From positions 1-26,635 of the forward strand of contig JBNJGY010000026.1 in NCBI GenBank assembly GCA_051748045.1: DNA of 26,635 nucleotides. The letters are read 5' to 3'. The notes beneath the pieces are model-generated. The model saw only the letters and a program-made list of their open reading frames with translations, did no database searches and was not told where the DNA came from. Source of the stretch: Thermotogota bacterium (GTDB taxonomy: Bacteria > Thermotogota > Thermotogae > Petrotogales > Petrotogaceae). This document shows positions 24,824 through 26,635 of this stretch, one piece after another. Positions within the stretch are counted from its first letter, which is position 1; every line of letters begins with the position of its first letter. Position numbers and translations under genes: made by a program.

Positions 24824-26635
24824 ATGCCAGGAATGTCATTACACGGATTACTAAACACGGGACTATTAGGAGTATACACAGCAAAATCAGCAATGAGTGT
24901 CGTAGGACATAATATATCAAATGCCAATACACCTGGTTTTTCTAGGCAAAGACCAGAAATTGTGTCTACGCCTTCTTTGCCTATGAATACATTAACCCAA
25001 ACCACAGCTCCGATGCAGTTTGGAACAGGTTCGAAAATTGAAGATATAAAAAGAGTTAGAGATCAGTTTTTGGATATACAATATAGACAAACTAATAATA
25101 GAGTTCAATATTGGGATAACATCTATGGAAATATGCATTATGTAGAGCAACTTTTTGGCGAACCTGGAGAGACAGGAATTAGAAACCTTTTTGATAATCT
25201 CTGGGGAGCAATGCAAGAACTTAGTTCTGATCCAACAAATGAAGGGGCTAAAGGTCAAATAGTTTCAAGAGCTGATGAGTTATCTAACACTTTAAAAGAT
25301 CTTGATTTTAGGCTTTCTCAATTACAAGGGGATTTTAACAGCGAAATTGAAAATAGAGTAGTTGAAATAAATAATTATTTTGAAAGAATTACTGATTTAA
25401 ATGGGAAAATTAGATCTATAAAAGTTTCTGGTTCTTCACCAAATGATTTATTAGATGAAAGAGATAGAATTTTAGATAAAATGTCAGAATTAGCAGACAT
25501 ACATGTAAATCATTATTCTTCTGGAGATATTTCTATAAGAATCGGTGACAGAACTTTGTTAAATGGAAGCACTTATCAAGAATTAAAAGCTTATACCGTT
25601 CCAGGTACAAAGGGATTCTATAATATATTTGCAAATAACAATCCTGTCAAATTCAATGATGGTAAAATGGCAGCACTATTCGAATTAAGAGATTCTATAG
25701 TGCCACATTATAGAGAAAAAATAGATGAATTTGCAATTACTTTAGCTGATACCATGAATCTTGTTCACGAAGAAGGTTATGACGGTTCGGGAAGTATTAC
25801 AGGAGCTCAATTTTTTAAAAATATTGGTACAAATAAAGAAAGTGAAGAATCAAGATTATATAGAATTGCCTCTACTTTTGGTACACACTTAAATAATCCA
25901 GAAGTTAATATGTTATCAAGCAATAGAAAATTCAACGCTTCTAATTTAAGTGATGTCGAATTACTAAGAGATGCTACATTAGTTTCAATAGATAGTTCAA
26001 ATCCAACAACTAATTTATCCAGTGGGGTCTCTGGTGATGGATTAGATATTCTTAATAGTTTTTTCACAGATAATCAATTTAATTATGATACTAATGAAGA
26101 TTTATTAACATTTGAAAATGATGGAGGAAATCCTCTTTCTGAAAAAATAATTATGGATGTTGACAAAAGTTTTTTAAATGATTATGGATTTAACACAAAA
26201 TCTGTTAGTGCTTATAGAATTGAACAACCAGATATACAATCGGGTAATATTAATTTTAATATTAATGGATCTAATATAAATCTCAATTTAGACGGTTCTT
26301 CAACAACAAATTTTGTTAATTCAATAAATAATGCACCAAGTAATAATTATTTAAGAGCTTTTAGCCATGATGGTGCAGTTTATATTGCTGCTACAGAAGA
26401 AGTACAAGATGGTGATATTTCTAATATTGTTTTTGATGATCCTGATGGTATTTTATCAAGCATGAATATGCAAGAAAAAGAAGTTGATGTTTTAGACGTT
26501 GGTAATCCACCTTTAAATAATATTTATGATGATAATCCTCAATTAGAAATAAACGGAATTGATATAGACATAGATTTAAATACTGATACCATAAACGATG
26601 TTGTGGATAAAATAAATTCATCAAATACTGGAGTT
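24824..26635 (+). CDS. flgK: Flagellar hook-associated protein FlgK (3'-truncated by the window; absent from the ORF track)
   Basis: MPGMSL..LLNTGLLGV...SAMSVVGHNISNANTPGFSRQR, GTG..I..I.RVRDQFLD, PNDLLDERD; frame open to the window end. Confidence 0.95.
   Translation, partial: MPGMSLHGLLNTGLLGVYTAKSAMSVVGHNISNANTPGFSRQRPEIVSTPSLPMNTLTQTTAPMQFGTGSKIEDIKRVRDQFLDIQYRQTNNRVQYWDNIYGNMHYVEQLFGEPGETGIRNLFDNLWGAMQELSSDPTNEGAKGQIVSRADELSNTLKDLDFRLSQLQGDFNSEIENRVVEINNYFERITDLNGKIRSIKVSGSSPNDLLDERDRILDKMSELADIHVNHYSSGDISIRIGDRTLLNGSTYQELKAYTVPGTKGFYNIFANNNPVKFNDGKMAALFELRDSIVPHYREKIDEFAITLADTMNLVHEEGYDGSGSITGAQFFKNIGTNKESEESRLYRIASTFGTHLNNPEVNMLSSNRKFNASNLSDVELLRDATLVSIDSSNPTTNLSSGVSGDGLDILNSFFTDNQFNYDTNEDLLTFENDGGNPLSEKIIMDVDKSFLNDYGFNTKSVSAYRIEQPDIQSGNINFNINGSNINLNLDGSSTTNFVNSINNAPSNNYLRAFSHDGAVYIAATEEVQDGDISNIVFDDPDGILSSMNMQEKEVDVLDVGNPPLNNIYDDNPQLEINGIDIDIDLNTDTINDVVDKINSSNTGV

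Noticed and set aside
24778-26624. Short minus-strand ORFs over flgK, and similar short antisense or out-of-frame ORFs elsewhere
   Set aside because: They lie over well-supported genes and have no recognisable features

Overview
Low-GC bacterial chromosome segment, mostly housekeeping genes. Gene content (SpoVS, WhiA/YvcK/RapZ, tRNA-Arg(UCG), Prx6, long FlgK, non-lipidated peptide SBP) suggests Thermotogota, probably Petrotogales-like; this is an inference. Left to right: YabR-like S1-domain gene and rpmE, separated by an unexplained GC-rich structured RNA candidate; an M20 peptidase divergent from a Dpp/Opp-type ABC operon that ends in a second M20 amidohydrolase; a membrane protein-murB-hexapeptide acetyltransferase operon; upp-murJ; tRNA(CAU, probably Ile2); rpmB with a suspicious G>T-rich 3' end; a long minus-strand operon zapB-like/zapA/murI/rapZ/yvcK/whiA/nrdR/greA/lysS; an orphan GAF-like protein; tRNA-Arg(UCG)-spoVS; a single-Cys peroxiredoxin; and a sigma28-type flgM-flgN-flgK operon that runs off the window end. 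No mobile element, CRISPR array or defence system was seen. The best novelty candidate is the ~160-nt structured RNA at ~452-614 (minus strand), directly upstream of the S1 RNA-binding protein gene.
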